Assembly (NCBI GenBank): GCA_951406725.2
Contig: OX597831.1
Coordinates: 79,360,001 to 79,424,000, forward strand
Direction of reading: 5' to 3'
From: Octopus vulgaris
Lineage: Eukaryota
DNA length: 64,000 nucleotides
Shown here: one piece after another, positions 25,453-38,690 of the stretch
How positions within the stretch are numbered: the first letter of the stretch is position 1
Layout: every line of letters starts with the position of its first letter
Position numbers and translations under genes: made by a program
The notes under the pieces: generated by a model
Told to the model about the DNA's origin: nothing
What the model saw: only the letters and a program-made list of their open reading frames with translations
Databases searched by the model: none

Positions 25453-25926
25453 CAGCAGCAGCAGCAGTAGTTGTTGTTGCTCTTCTTGTTCTTGTGCAGG
25501 TCATGGTAAAAAGATGACTGCCACCCAAGTTAGAAAGCCAGTAACCATTTAGCACACACACACAAACACACACACACACACACACACTCTCTCTCTCTCT
25601 CTCTCCCTCTCTCTATTGCTCCATCTCTCTCTCTCTGTCTCCATCAGATCGCTTCTCACTCACAACCTCTTCACATTCCTTGGCAATATGGCGTAGATGT
25701 AACTAAAAACTCAGGATTCGGCAATCATCCTCACGATACTTCTTAATGTACGGACATACATACGCACAAACACGTAGAAACAGCTATACACACACGTACA
25801 CAAATACATATGTACATATTTATGAATATCTAAATAATTGCGTAAATTGAGAGAGAAAGGGAAGAAAGAGAGTGAGAGATTGACAGAAAGACTGACAGAC
25901 AGATATACATAGAGAAACAGACAGAC

Positions 25927-26039
<113 letters not shown>

Positions 26040-26189
26040 TACAGATGGATAAAGACATCACAGAAGTAAATATACACATACACATTTTCGCTATACTGTT
26101 TTTATCTATGCGAACACTATTCTTTAGTACGATGCCAAAATAAATTAAATCATTAAAAGCTGCACCAACGATGTCTTCTAAATACTATT

Positions 26190-26234
<45 letters not shown>

Positions 26235-26235
<1 letters not shown>

Positions 26236-26398
26236 TCTTTATTTTCTCTCCTTGTTTCTTTCTGCGTTGATTTCTGTGTAAGAGCGTAGGCTCGAAACGT
26301 TAAAGACGTTTTCACTTCCCGAGCGTTATACTAATACATCTGTTTGTTGTCTACACCACCTGTCTTCGTCTTTTGTTTTTTTTGTGTGTGTGAATTCT

Positions 26399-26400
<2 letters not shown>
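26235..26400 (+). mobile_element. Short Penelope-like repeat with a hammerhead-like motif (second copy about 33815-33975)
   Basis: TTT-CTGTGTA-A-GAGC-GTAG-GCTC-GAAACGTT-AAAGA; homologous text GGCTCGAAACGTCAAAGAC at 33870. Confidence 0.55.
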
Positions 26401-26434
<34 letters not shown>

Positions 26435-26736
26435 ATAAAAATGGTGCGCGCGCGTGTGTGAATTTGTATGTATATGCATATACATTTGGCGAAGGATGCG
26501 AGTGAGGATGTGTACGTTTTTTCAAGTGAGGGTGGTTGAATGTATGCGCACGCACGTGGGTGTGCGGGCGCACATGTGTAGGTATGAACAGGCGCGCTTA
26601 TGCGAATACTATGAACTTTTTACCCCCTTACCTTACTTAGCGGTCATTCGAATAGCGCTTTTGTCTTAATAGCGGTAAATAACACAGTAATTTCCTTTTT
26701 TGTATAACGGTCATTTTTCATAGCGTTTTTCCGATG

Positions 26737-26806
26737 GCCGGTTAACTGAAGAGAAGGTGGCGTGGATTTCCAACTCGGCATCCGAAACTCGGAGTTTTAT
26801 CTTGGC
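26737..26806 (+). ncRNA. Type I hammerhead ribozyme motif with canonical core
   Basis: GCCGGTTAA-CTGAAGA-(helix II with TGGA-TT-TCCA)-GAAAC-TCGGA-GTT-TTATCTTGGC. A second copy lies at 56347-56417 (-). Confidence 0.7.
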
Positions 26807-26987
26807 TACCGAATAATTGTCACATATTATATTTACTGATATATATATATTGTATGTATGTATGTATATATCGCCTGATGATAGATATTTTCTCCTACTA
26901 AAGTTCATGCACGTTTCGCTTCCTCGTTCGTCGAGGAAGACTAGCGTTTAAACATACTACGCACACACGCACATACGTACACAAACA

Positions 26988-27156
26988 CAGGCGTGCCTGT
27001 GTGACTAAGAAGCCTACTTCCTACACATGTGGTCTTGGGTTCAGTCTCACTGTGCAGCACCTTGGACAGGTATCTTCCACAATAGCCCTTGGTTGACCAA
27101 AGACTCGTGAGAGGGCTTGGTACGCAGAAACCGAAAAGAGCCCATCGTACATATGT

Positions 27157-27220
<64 letters not shown>

Positions 27221-27345
27221 TGTGTGTGTGTGTGAGTGTGTCTTTGTGCATGTCCCACCCGCCGCTCGATAACCAATCTTGATTTGTGTCATCCCGTAAC
27301 CTAGCTGTTCGGAAAAAGAAGACGATGTAGTAGGTACCAGGATGT
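26988..27345 (+). mobile_element. SINE family B, degenerate
   Basis: GGGTTCAGTCTCACTGTGCAGCACCTTGGACAGGT, with the internal (TA)n(TG)n. Confidence 0.75.
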
Positions 27346-27865
27346 TTTGAAACTTTCTAGGACTTTTACCCACATAACTTCAATCAATCCAAAATTAATG
27401 GTGAAAGATTAAATGACCGAAACGTCAGCATCCTAATCACAGAGGAATCTTCTTTCTAAGTATTAGAAAATGCTTTTATAAGCACAGATGTAGAAAATCA
27501 AGGTGGATATGACTAGAAGAAAGAGGAGGGGGACGAGTTTGTGACGGAGAGAAGGATGGGGAGATGAAGGTGAAGGTAGATTAGTGTTGACGTTGGTCGT
27601 GATGATGATGATGAGCATGATGGTGGTGGTGGTGGTTGTCGTTGTCGTTTTATTGGTGGTAGTGTTGGAGGCGGTTACGGGAGGGTGATGGAGGTGGGAA
27701 GGGATGTTTTAAATAGTTGACATCGATAACAACAATATATGGTTTCCAGTTGTCCCCCTGTCAACAAGCGGGGTCGTCAAAGGACAATAATTTTAGGAAA
27801 CAGAAGACAGGTTCAGATAAAGCTAATTTAAAAAGGGAGGTGTGACAGCAACTAATTTCGCACAC

Positions 27866-27923
<58 letters not shown>

Positions 27924-28248
27924 ACTTCTATATATTTGTATGCATGTATGTATATGTATATATATATATATGTATACATACACACACAGATTAATAGTGA
28001 CTGGTATGTATATCATTTATACATATAATTACACATTAAGAAAGGAATTATGAATGAGTAAGAATAAAATCTAAAACAATAATAAAAATAACAAAAGTAA
28101 TAATAATAATATCATAATATTAATGATATATATATATACGTAACCATACATATATATATGTATGTATTTATGTATATATATAAATATATATATATATGTG
28201 TGTGTGTATGCATGCATAAAAATAAATATAATTTATAAAAATAAATAA

Positions 28249-28280
<32 letters not shown>

Positions 28281-28757
28281 TGTCTTATCCACATAATCTT
28301 AATTAGTTGAATCTGAGTATATCACCCACTGCTATAATTTTCACATGACAAAAACGCGGCATATATTTGCAAAAGGTTCACCTAAACTATATACATGTAA
28401 TATATATATATAATGGCGTAAGGTCAAGGCAACAAAGGAAAAGCAGCAACAGGGTAGAATTACTGCGAAATGCATTAACAAATGAAAAGATAGAAGACGT
28501 TTCGGATTTTGACTTTCTTCAGAATAGACTGTAGCATGTAAAAAGGCAAAGAAATTCAAGGAAAAAAGCTGGAGAAAAGAAAAAAAAACATGTTCAAATA
28601 ATAAAAATATAAATGTACAAATCTAGATGAAAAATGACATGGATGGTCAGTTTGCTTGCTAGTTCAATTACATACAGTCATACATACATACATACATACA
28701 TACATACATACATACATACATACATACATACATACATACATACATACATACATACAT

Positions 28758-28809
<52 letters not shown>

Positions 28810-29013
28810 AGTTAATGGTGTCACTGAGACCTAAAGGTGTCAGGTAATGCTGAATAAGTGATATAGGCAGATCATAGTTAATTCCAGGTTCGGAGATTTT
28901 GCGAATAAGGGGTTCAACGTTGGTCATATGTCAGCGTGTGTATATAAGAATTTTTTGCGTAATGAGATAAAAAAAAGCCTTGGGTTTTTTTATCTCATTA
29001 TGCAAAAAATTCT

Positions 29014-29044
<31 letters not shown>

Positions 29045-29254
29045 TCGAATAAGTGCTCTTGGTAGGGAAATGTCTAAAACCTTAAAGGTATTTAGGCATT
29101 TAATAAGAGCGAGTATATAGTATAATGTAAGAGCAGGAAAAATCACATGAAAAAATCACAGAAGAAATACGTCCAAAAAAATATTGTATTAATGGATAAA
29201 TATATAAATAATCATACTTTATATATTTATCTATTATTATAAAATTATTTGGGA

Positions 29255-29420
29255 TTTTTTTCTTGCTAGTTTCAGCTCAGAGCTGCGGCCATGCTGAAGC
29301 ACCGCCGTTTTGCTACACTGTTATTACTAAGAGCCTCCTCTAATATGTGGCACTTGGTGAAGAATGGAGTTTGATATAACTCCCCTCTATATCTTCTATG
29401 TCTTTTTGATGTAATTTTTC
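29255..29420 (-). mobile_element. Probable LINE 3' end carrying the same tail as SINE B
   Basis: Minus strand GGCGGTGCTTCAGCATGGCCGCAGCT-CTG-AGCTGAAAC, preceded by sequence unrelated to the SINE body. Confidence 0.55.
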
Positions 29421-29535
29421 TTGCTCTTACTTTATAATATCCATACATATATATGTATATATGTATGTATGTATGTATGAATGTATGTATATATATATAT
29501 GTATATATAGAGAGAGAGATAGCTAGATAGAGAGG

Positions 29536-29602
<67 letters not shown>

Positions 29603-29784
29603 GTGCATACATATATACATGCATACATATGTACATACATAATACATACACATGGACATACTTTTATACAGGGTGCGACAGAGAAATCTCTTATACTTTA
29701 TTCGTCAAATTTTGTGTTGCTGGTAAGGTTGAGAGGTGATAATGCCGCCTTTATGAGGTTAATGGAATACTTTAGTGTCTCGTT

Positions 29785-29849
<65 letters not shown>

Positions 29850-30679
29850 ATATAGACATATACATGTATAAGTGTAAATTTATATTTGTGTATATATAAT
29901 AATAATAGTAGGGAATCTAATTCCAAACTTACAGGGAAAAATTGAATTTAGCAATTCTAAATCGAATTCCACAATATATAATATATATATATATAATTTC
30001 CAGAAAAAACCTTTAAACAATTCAATAATGAATTTTAGAATTAGGTTTTTATAGCATATGTTTTCTACATGGTGTGAGTAACATTTTTCATTATTGAATT
30101 AATATTGGTTTTTCTCTAAATTATATACATATATGTATATAATTGAGCGATATCAGTTAACGACGTGTTGCTTGTAATATATGTAACAGTCTTCAATGAA
30201 TAGCAGGTAGTAACGTGTTGAAACAATTGTAGTGATATGAGATAAATTCTGTTCAATTTATCTTCACGTGGTAATATTCTTTGTTTATACTCTACGGTCA
30301 TTTACGGATTTCCACATATATACCCATGACAGCATTCGGTTTTTATAATCGTAGAGGAACTTTAGAAAGCACACTAACAGGGTTTATTACCCAGATTATA
30401 TATAATGTATGTGTGTAGGTATGTATCTACGAATCTATGTATGTACATACTCTAATATCGATAGGTAAGAATGAGCGTTCAACACCAAATTGGGGGATAA
30501 ATAGTCTTTTCTCTTTTCTTTTCTTTTTTTTTCCAGTTAACAAGGTATTTTCATCAGTCCCATGTGGCATTCTTGATAATTGCTGAGAAATCTTCAAGCG
30601 GCATGAAACATTTGGTAGCTTTGTTAATGCATTAATAAAGTATGCACACACACAAACGCACTCACACAAGCGCGCGCGC

Positions 30680-30719
<40 letters not shown>

Positions 30720-30881
30720 GAAAGAGAGGTGAACAATGTTAGATAGATAGATAGACAGACAGACAGACACCAAATAGACAAGTAGGCATATGAAAATAAT
30801 GAAAATAAAGGTATATGACAATAACAAAAAAACCAACAACAACAACGACAACAACAATAAAAAGAGAATGAAGGAACTTAC

Positions 30882-32454
30882 CTTCAGGAGATGAAGAATC
30901 GTCCAGTTTATTTAAAGAACACGCGGTAAGATTTTGGGTAGTTTCCAATGCTGAGGAGCAATCTGAAAGATGGCTATTGCAAGGGGACACGGCCCCTAAG
31001 CGGATGTCCCTTACATTGGGATCACCTCCCGTCCGATATTTGCAATCAAGGTTAGTACACGGAACTAACGTTCCGATGGGACTGCCATTGTTGCTGTTGT
31101 TGTTATTATTGTTATTGTTGTTGTTGTTGTTGTTGCCTGAGGTGGGAATGGGTGAGGGGAGAGGTGACTTTGAGCAACGTTGATGCTGCTGGTGGTGGTG
31201 GTGATTGGGTGTGGTGCTGTGATGATGATGGTGGTGATGACCGCTGCTGTTGTTGTTGTTGTTGCTGTTGTTTGAATGTGTTTGTGTGTGGAGGGGGTGG
31301 CTAGTGTGATAGTGTAAGCTGTGGTGGTAGTCATCGTTGAGTTCGTCGTCGCTGTTGTTGTTGTTGTTGTTGCTGTTGTTGTTGTGAATGATGTTGTTGT
31401 TGTTGTTGTGGTTGTTGTGGTTGTCGTCGTCGTCATCGTCGTCGTCGTTGTTGCCAACAACAACCAGCCCACCCGCACCGCCACCACCGCCACTGCCACC
31501 GCCGACCCCTACAGCGCTCCCGCGTCGATTATGGTGGTGGTGATGATGATGGTGGTGGTGGTGCGGATGCCCGCCGCCGCTGCCACCGCCGCCGGCATGG
31601 CTGCCCGAACTATTGCTGCTGCCGCCGACGACGACGACGCTGCCGACGCCGCCACCACCACTACCACCGCCGCCATTACCGCCGCTACCACCACCCCCGC
31701 CGCCGCCGCCGCCACCACCGCTCCCGAGAAGGCCAGCAGGACCACCGCCGCCGCCGCCGCCACTGCCGCCAACAACTACAACACCGCCAGCACCACCTGC
31801 AGTACTACCTCCCATCACGCCGCTGCCAATTAGGAAAGTACCACCAACGCCGACTCCTATACCACCGCCAGTACTACTACCATTGCTACTATTACTACTA
31901 CTGCCCAACACTGGGCTACTACTACTACTACTGCTGCTGCTGTTGCCGCTACTGCTTCCGTTGCTACTCGATCTCGTACCCGTGCTGGTGCCGCCGAGGC
32001 CGTGGTGATGGTGAAGGTGATGGTGGTGATGGTGGTGGCTGTTGGGATTGAGGTTTATGTTAAGATGGAGGTTCGGATGGTGATGCGAGAGATGTGAAGA
32101 AGGCTGCTGCGTGAGGCCGGCCGCGAGGTGTTCCCTACTGCGGCCGGTCAAGTGTGTCCGGTGATGCACGAGGCCCGGATGGGAGGCGGCCGCTGCCGCC
32201 GCTGCTGCCGCAGACACATGAGAAGACAAGAGGGCCGATGTGGTGTGCAATGTGTATCGAGAATCGTCCACCAGTAATGCTGCATCCTCGTTGTTTACCA
32301 TACCAAGAATATTTCGAATGGAATGTGGCGTTGGTTGTTTGGGAGGTTTTTCGTAAATGTGTGGATGCCAAGTCCGAGGGGTTGTGTACAGTTTTGGGGT
32401 CGCACCGAACATGTGCGATAGGCCCATTGCGTGAGGATCTATCCCACAATACAT
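30882..32454 (-). CDS. NK7: First coding exon of an NK-class (NKL) homeobox transcription factor, probably NK7; homeodomain exon not in window
   Basis: ATG at 32454 with A at -3 and an in-frame TAA upstream. 524 open codons of GC-rich sequence. N-terminal WHPHIYEKPPKQPTPHSIRNILG is an eh1/TN Groucho-binding motif (32302-32331), preceded by a WHPH(I/V)Y..PP..PTP block that I recall from NK7 proteins. The exon ends at a consensus donor GAAG|GTAAGT (intron starts 30881, phase 1), so the rest of the 571-aa ORF is intron read-through. The NK7 name is from memory and is less certain (about 0.6) than the exon itself. Confidence 0.85.
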
Positions 32455-32503
32455 TATGATTACTATTGTTATTAGTATTATTATAAATGATAATTCTTTT
32501 TAA

Positions 32504-32530
32504 CCTGAATTTACAAATTTTGCTTCTTTC
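32504..32530 (-). promoter_or_regulatory. Candidate 3' splice acceptor 50 nt upstream of the start codon (would imply an upstream non-coding exon)
   Basis: Minus strand AAATTTGTAAATTCAG|GTTA, with AG at 32506-32505; the pyrimidine tract is weak. Confidence 0.3.
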
Positions 32531-33188
32531 AATTAAATTAATGTTATTATTATTATTATTGTTATTATTATTATTATTATTATTACAATATTATTTCTTT
32601 GAATTTTTATATATTATCTCGGTTCTTTCATTTTAATAACATTTTTCAGAGAGCCTTTCAAATTATTCTTTATGAGGTCCTTTAGAATGAAGGCCTCCCT
32701 TGTTATATAAGGATTTTGAATTTTTTTCTCTTTATGTAATTCTTTCTTTGATTATTGTTTTGTTAAGGTTATTCATATATGCTCTATATGTCTGTGTAAA
32801 TAACCTTTGTGGTTTTAAATATACGCATAGATATGTTTATAGATATATATTTATATATAATATTATATTATATTACATTATCGTATATTACATTGCATTA
32901 TATTTTACATATAGTTATATTGATCCGCTGTTTTTTTTGTTGTGTTTTTTTTTTTCTTTAGTTATCCGGATGGCTTCAAAAGGCTACGGGCGTGATCCTT
33001 TCTTCCTGGGAGTGATTCGTATGTTGAAATATAGAGGAAATAGACCTGAAACGAAATGAAAGAAGAAAAATTATAAACAACAGAAAACGCATTAAGGATT
33101 TGGTTGAATGCGTACGTGTGTGCGTGTGTGAGTTTGAATTTGTGTTGGAGTGTGTATATGTAACAGTGTTTTTGAGTGTACACGGGTG

Positions 33189-33227
<39 letters not shown>

Positions 33228-33300
33228 CATACATATATATATATATTATACATACATACATATATGTGTATGTGAGTGTATGCATGCATGTATGTATGCA

Positions 33301-33686
33301 TGTATATAAAAGGTAATACAAAAAATGGGACAAGAACGCAAAGCATCCAGACAGATGATACAAAAAGGGACAAGAAAAACAAGGACGGGTCCTTCGGAGC
33401 TTTCGTTCCTCAGTCGAATTCCAGATTATCTTTGCAATTTCGGCTGGTTATACTCGAAATTGCTCCAATCTGGCCAGCCCCAAGGAAAACTAAGCTAAAA
33501 GCACTGGCCAGATTGAGGCAATCTCAAGTATAACCACCCGAAATTGCAAAGATGATTTGGAACTCGACTGAGGAAAGGAAACTACGAATGACCCGTCCTT
33601 GATTTTTCTTGTCCCTTTTTTTGTAGCTTCTAGCAGTCTGGATGTTTTGCGTTCTTGCTCCATTTTTCTATTCCCTTTTATATACA
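33301..33686. repeat. Long inverted repeat (about 180-bp arms, 26-nt spacer) of a dispersed element also seen at 51425-51555 and 53445-53565
   Basis: 33301-33477 is the imperfect reverse complement of 33504-33686. The other copies share GGACAAGAACG...AATTTCGGCT. Confidence 0.9.
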
Positions 33687-33975
33687 TATGGCGGCATACG
33701 TACACTTTGGTCTCATATATATGTATGTATGTATGTATGTATTATAGAATTCAGCATGTGCAACGGTTAATTCCGACACATTTTTCCTCACTCCGTTTAT
33801 ATATATATATATTTTCATTCTGTTTTCTCTTCTGTTTTCTCTTCTCATTCTTTTCTGTGGAGGAACTTAGGCTCGAAACGTCAAAGACTTCTTTAATTTC
33901 TCCAGAGCGTCAAACTGATTCACTTTGTTGTTTCCTCACCCGTCTCTGTCTATCGTTTTTTTGTACCACTATGAA

Positions 33976-34029
<54 letters not shown>

Positions 34030-35370
34030 GAAGGTGCATGACTCCGTGGGTAGAGCATCGGTCCCATTATCATGAGTTAGTGAGTTCAATTCCTGGATTG
34101 GCTCGTGTGTTGCTCCAGTTCACTGAGCTTTAGAAATAAGTTGCATCGGTTTTTGTCGTTCCCTTGGGTAACATTGGTGACGAGGAGGAGAGAGGCTGGA
34201 ATGCATGGGCGATTGCTGGTCTTCCATAAACAACCTTACCTGGACTTGTGCCTCGGAAGGTAACTTTCTAGGTGCAATCTCATGGTCGTTCATGACCATG
34301 GGATCGCACCTGGACAAACTGATAAAAATGTGGTTCGCAACCACGAGGACCTGGGTTCGATTCTACAGCGTGAAATCTTGAACAAATATCCTTTTCGATG
34401 ACCTCTAGTTGACCAAGATGTTGTGAGAGAAACTGGGTAGACAGCTACTGTATAGACGACCCTCAGGTACTTTCTACCCGTAAATTCAATGATTACAGTC
34501 TTGTCACACTCTGTCACGCTGATTCAACAAGAGAATTATACTAAGGGTACATTATGGGTAGACTAAGGTTAAACAACCAATGAAATGTATTCAGGAGAGT
34601 GTCCAGACATAGATGCGGCCACAAGGGGCTAAACACAGAGAGGGCAAACAAGGACAGACAAACGGATTAAGTCGATTATATCGACCCCAGTGCGTAACCG
34701 GTACTTATTTAATCGACCCCGAAAGGATGAAAAACAAAGTCGACCTCGGCGGAATTTGAACTCAGAACGTAACGGCAGAAGAAATACCACTAAGCATTTC
34801 GTTCGGCGTGCTAACGATTCTGCCAGCTCACCGCCTTACACATACGAAACACGTATGTTATCAGCTGTGCCATGATAAAATGACCATTATGGTGATGGCA
34901 TCGATTACACAACAAGAATAGCAACAACAACAATAACAATATTAAATAACTACTGTCTGTAATTTAAGCACGAGGCCAGCAATTTCCACTTCAATCAACT
35001 CCAGTACATGACTGGTACTTTGTTTTATCGACCTCAGAATGAAGAGTACAACAGACGATCACGGCGGAATTTGTACCCAGATCATGAAAAGCAAACTCTG
35101 CGATGTATTTTTTTTTCGGCGCTCAACTGATTCTGCCAAATCAATCACTCATAATAATAATTCTTCCCAGTTTTGCCAGAAAGTCAATAAATTTGAAGGG
35201 AAAAGTATATCGATTATATCGTCCCCTGAATTGTCACTGGTGCTTTATTTTTATCAACTTCGAAAGATGGAAGGCAAAGTTGACATTTGGTGGGATTCGA
35301 ACTCAGAATGTAACGAGCCAGACGATATACTGCCAAACATTTTGTCCGATGCGCGAGCAATTCTCCCAAG
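34030..35370. mobile_element. SINE cluster (C-like 34030-34310 +, B 34325-34460 +, A 34615-34837 -, degenerate A 34965-35370 -)
   Basis: Matches to the family heads and cores defined elsewhere in the window. Confidence 0.7.
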
Positions 35371-35399
35371 AGGTAGCTTGGATTAAGAACATCCTGGCA

Positions 35400-38050
35400 G
35401 AGGTACAACTGGTGTAGATGTTGCTGAACCATTTTTGCGAAGTGAAACACTGAATTTGGAATGTCCAAGCTAAGACACCATCCCTTAGATGCAAAGGCGT
35501 GACGGACGGCCATTTGACAGCCATTTCATAAGTTCATATGGCAGAACCACGATGTTAAACAAGCGAAGCTACAATGCAGTCTCTGACGGACCATGATTGG
35601 TACATGTCATGTAAATCAAGACGGTTTGTCAGAGACTCTCTGGGGAAAAGCGGCTGAATGGAGATGCTGGGCGCCTGTGTCTATCTGACGCGAATATCAC
35701 CGGAGAGAGCAGAGAGCTGTGAAAATCAGACACAGAGAACTGAGTCACGTGAGTCGATGAGAAGTCATCGTAGGAGGATCTATTCGTCTAGCTTCAATGG
35801 CTTGCTCTATAAATTTTACACTTACGTGAACAGCCAGACTTTGTTGACGTTCTGGAGCTGTTGTAATGTGATGCGATCTGTCAAAGTACCGTTAATATTT
35901 TCAGGTCCGTAACTCTGCTGAGTGACAGTTTAAGAATTTGGTCAATATCTGCCGCAGAAGTTACTGTTTGTCGTTGACAAATCGCCAGGAATGCACAGAA
36001 CTGTTTATATCCCGAAAGCTCCATCAATCCATGACAAACTTCAATTTATGCAATGAATAGCAGATACGACAGGTAACAAGCGCAACTTGGATAGTCTCCG
36101 TTCAATTCGGACCAATCGAAATGTTTGACTTTGTTGAGTGACCATTGCTACCTTGTGGCTATCCTCAGTGCAGCTGGCTTTAGTCCTAATATCAGATGCC
36201 AGATCGCGGCTTTCTATATTGTCATTGGCTTGGTGGTCAGAATAAACTACCATCAATTGGATTGGTTCGAATCACACGCTCTCTTCGTCAAGTTTGTCCT
36301 TTCTCTTCATTTCTGAAATTTTCGACTCCTAAACCAGGAGATATTGAGAAGAATCCCGCAGGAACTTAAATTCGAGCTTTTCTCGAATGTGTGCCCGCGT
36401 GAACGACAGCGTGATAGAATCATAGAATACTTGGTAATAGGTACCGTATTGAAAGAATTCAATGGTAGGGAGTAGCATTAGAAGCACATTTATTCCAGGG
36501 ATTGTAAACCCGGCAAGTGGTTTTGTAACTCGACATCTAGAGAAACAAACCCACGCCAGCCAACATAAATCACTGAATCGAAATTCTGGTTACAAGGAAT
36601 TTAGTTTGACCTGGGCTTCCAGGTGGAAAAAGGTCGAGGTTATAAACAGGATGTGTAGTCTTTCTCAAATATAAGCAGAGAGCAAGATTTCATTGAAAAG
36701 TCGGACAAGAGGTAAAGAATACTTATATCGCCACCTTTATATTATTTAGCACGTTAACGCCATGTCTTGTTTTTGTTCACGTCTAACCAGATGAGAACCT
36801 ATGTCCTTTCACTTCTTGTAGAAGAAAGGAGTTCCATCAATGGTTTGGTGCTTCATCTACTGCCAACATCTGCGGGTTCATCTTCTGCAGACATCAGTAC
36901 GGTGAACCCCGTGGCTGGAACTGCGCATCTATACGCTGAAGCTGCGGTTCCTGATAAGCAACAGGTGTGGTTACCGTTTGTCAGTTACGTCTTCTTACAG
37001 ATCCTCTCTTTGACGGAGCTACAATCCTGATTTTATAGACGACTAAGATTGAGCTTATGACGTCTAGAATCTTACCAAGCGTCCTACGTCCTCAATCCGT
37101 TGGATGATGCTACTGCTGAAGGTCGACGTTTCCACTGTACAGAGAACTGATAGCATGTATAAGCGATAAAACTTTGGGGAAATTCTGGACGAAAATGAAC
37201 TGAACTATGTTTACCCAAAATCTTTTTGCTCGGACTATTTCCAGAACATTCTGACCTGGCAGTGCTATTAGGGCATGTTAAAGGAAGTACCGAATCAGTG
37301 TACCGTTAAGCGAACTCTATCCGCGATGTGTGGAGGGCGACAAAACCATCAGTGCACCTATGTCGTAAGAGTGTCCAAGTATCGTTTAAACGTGGAGCTA
37401 ATTTGAATCGGGATTGCCACTTGTAGGACAACTACAGCCGAGTTGATGTTTAGGATTGCTCCGCCATCTTTTCCACCGGAGTGGGGACAGTTTTCGTCAG
37501 CCTGATCGCTCTACAATTAAGCGGTACTTGGACATTGTTACGAGATACGTGCACTGGCGGTTTCTTCGCCCGGCACACATCGCGGATGATGTCCTCTTAA
37601 CGGTACAGTGATGGGAAAGTTCCTTCAGCGTGACCTAGTAGCACTGCCAGGTCAGAACTTTCTGGAAATTGTGAAAGAGTAATGTGAATGAAGTCTCTAT
37701 GCCATATACTTTCTTTTTCGACTAAGCATTTCACCAAATTTATCAAGCACAACTCGGAAAGAAGGAAGTGACCGTGAGGAGGGCAGTACAGCCGTCCATT
37801 ATATTTGGTTTAGGTTGGTAAGAAGGGCGGGTGCGGCCCATATGAATAGATTTATGTACCTGTATATCGGAGACTAGCGTTAGCGGTGGGGAGAGGTTTC
37901 TCGATAGCAAGACGAATTCGAAATACGTTGGGTTACTCGACTCGAGCAACATTGTCGACCTTGCTAGTCGCTCATTGGGAGGCATTTTTCTTTCATGCTC
38001 CCGAATAAAGTTTACAAGTATCGGTGGGAACTTGTAAATGTTATGGGCAC
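35400..38050 (+). mobile_element. Heavily decayed L1/Tx1-clade LINE ORF2 (RT domain and C-terminal zinc knuckle)
   Basis: Broken frames give SFNGLLYKFY (cf. GxDGLPYEFY), DQSK../.DHCYLVAILSAAGFSPN (cf. DQSKAFDRVDH.YL...GF), RSLRQVCPFS (cf. RSVRQGCPLS), ISLKSR (cf. LSLKGR) and YPRCVEGDKTI (cf. CPRC..ET..H) at about 37318. Many stops and frameshifts; no microsatellites inside. Confidence 0.85.
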
Positions 38051-38690
38051 AGCTCCTTCTTCCTCCAGACTTAGACTTAGTCCCACAAAAAGGTAACCCC
38101 CCCCCCCCAAGGCAACAAAGACAAAAGGTGAAAAGAAAATGTGAAATTTACTTTCATATTTTGTATCAGATGCCTAACCCCACCGTTAGACTCCACCGAA
38201 AATTAATTTGACTTGTGGCAGTAGTAGAGAACTACTACTACTACTACCAATACTACTACTACTGCCACAGCTGCTGTCACTGCTGCTGTTGTTGTTGTCA
38301 AGTTTACGATTACAACATGCAACAATGAGGCATCGTCAGTACATAAAAACATTACAAAGATAAAGGTGCTGATAATCACACACACACACACGCTCGCTCG
38401 CACGCACTCACAGACACACACACGTACACAAGCTTATGTAGTTTCAAATATTGGTTTAGTTTTACTTTATACACATTTTATGCGTGCGAACAAGTCCGTA
38501 TACACATATACATATATTACATTATACATGTATATAATTCTTCACATGGACCTTGAACCCACAAGAGTAAACAAGAGAGACAGGGAAAGGCAGAAACAAG
38601 GAAAATGACACTTATATTTGAACACTATACAAATATTCTTTTAAAAAAAGTTTTCTTTTGATTCTTCTAAATTTAATTATTTAATCGTTA

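Noticed and set aside
30739-30881. Hydrophobic C-terminus (FIVVVVVVVGFFVIV) of the 571-aa ORF as a transmembrane segment
   Set aside because: It lies beyond a consensus GTAAGT donor and is a (GTT)n/(TCTA)n intronic tract.
30977-32459. Overlapping ORFs on the opposite strand or in other frames (poly-P, poly-V, poly-T)
   Set aside because: These are shadows of the GC-rich triplet repeats of the real exon.
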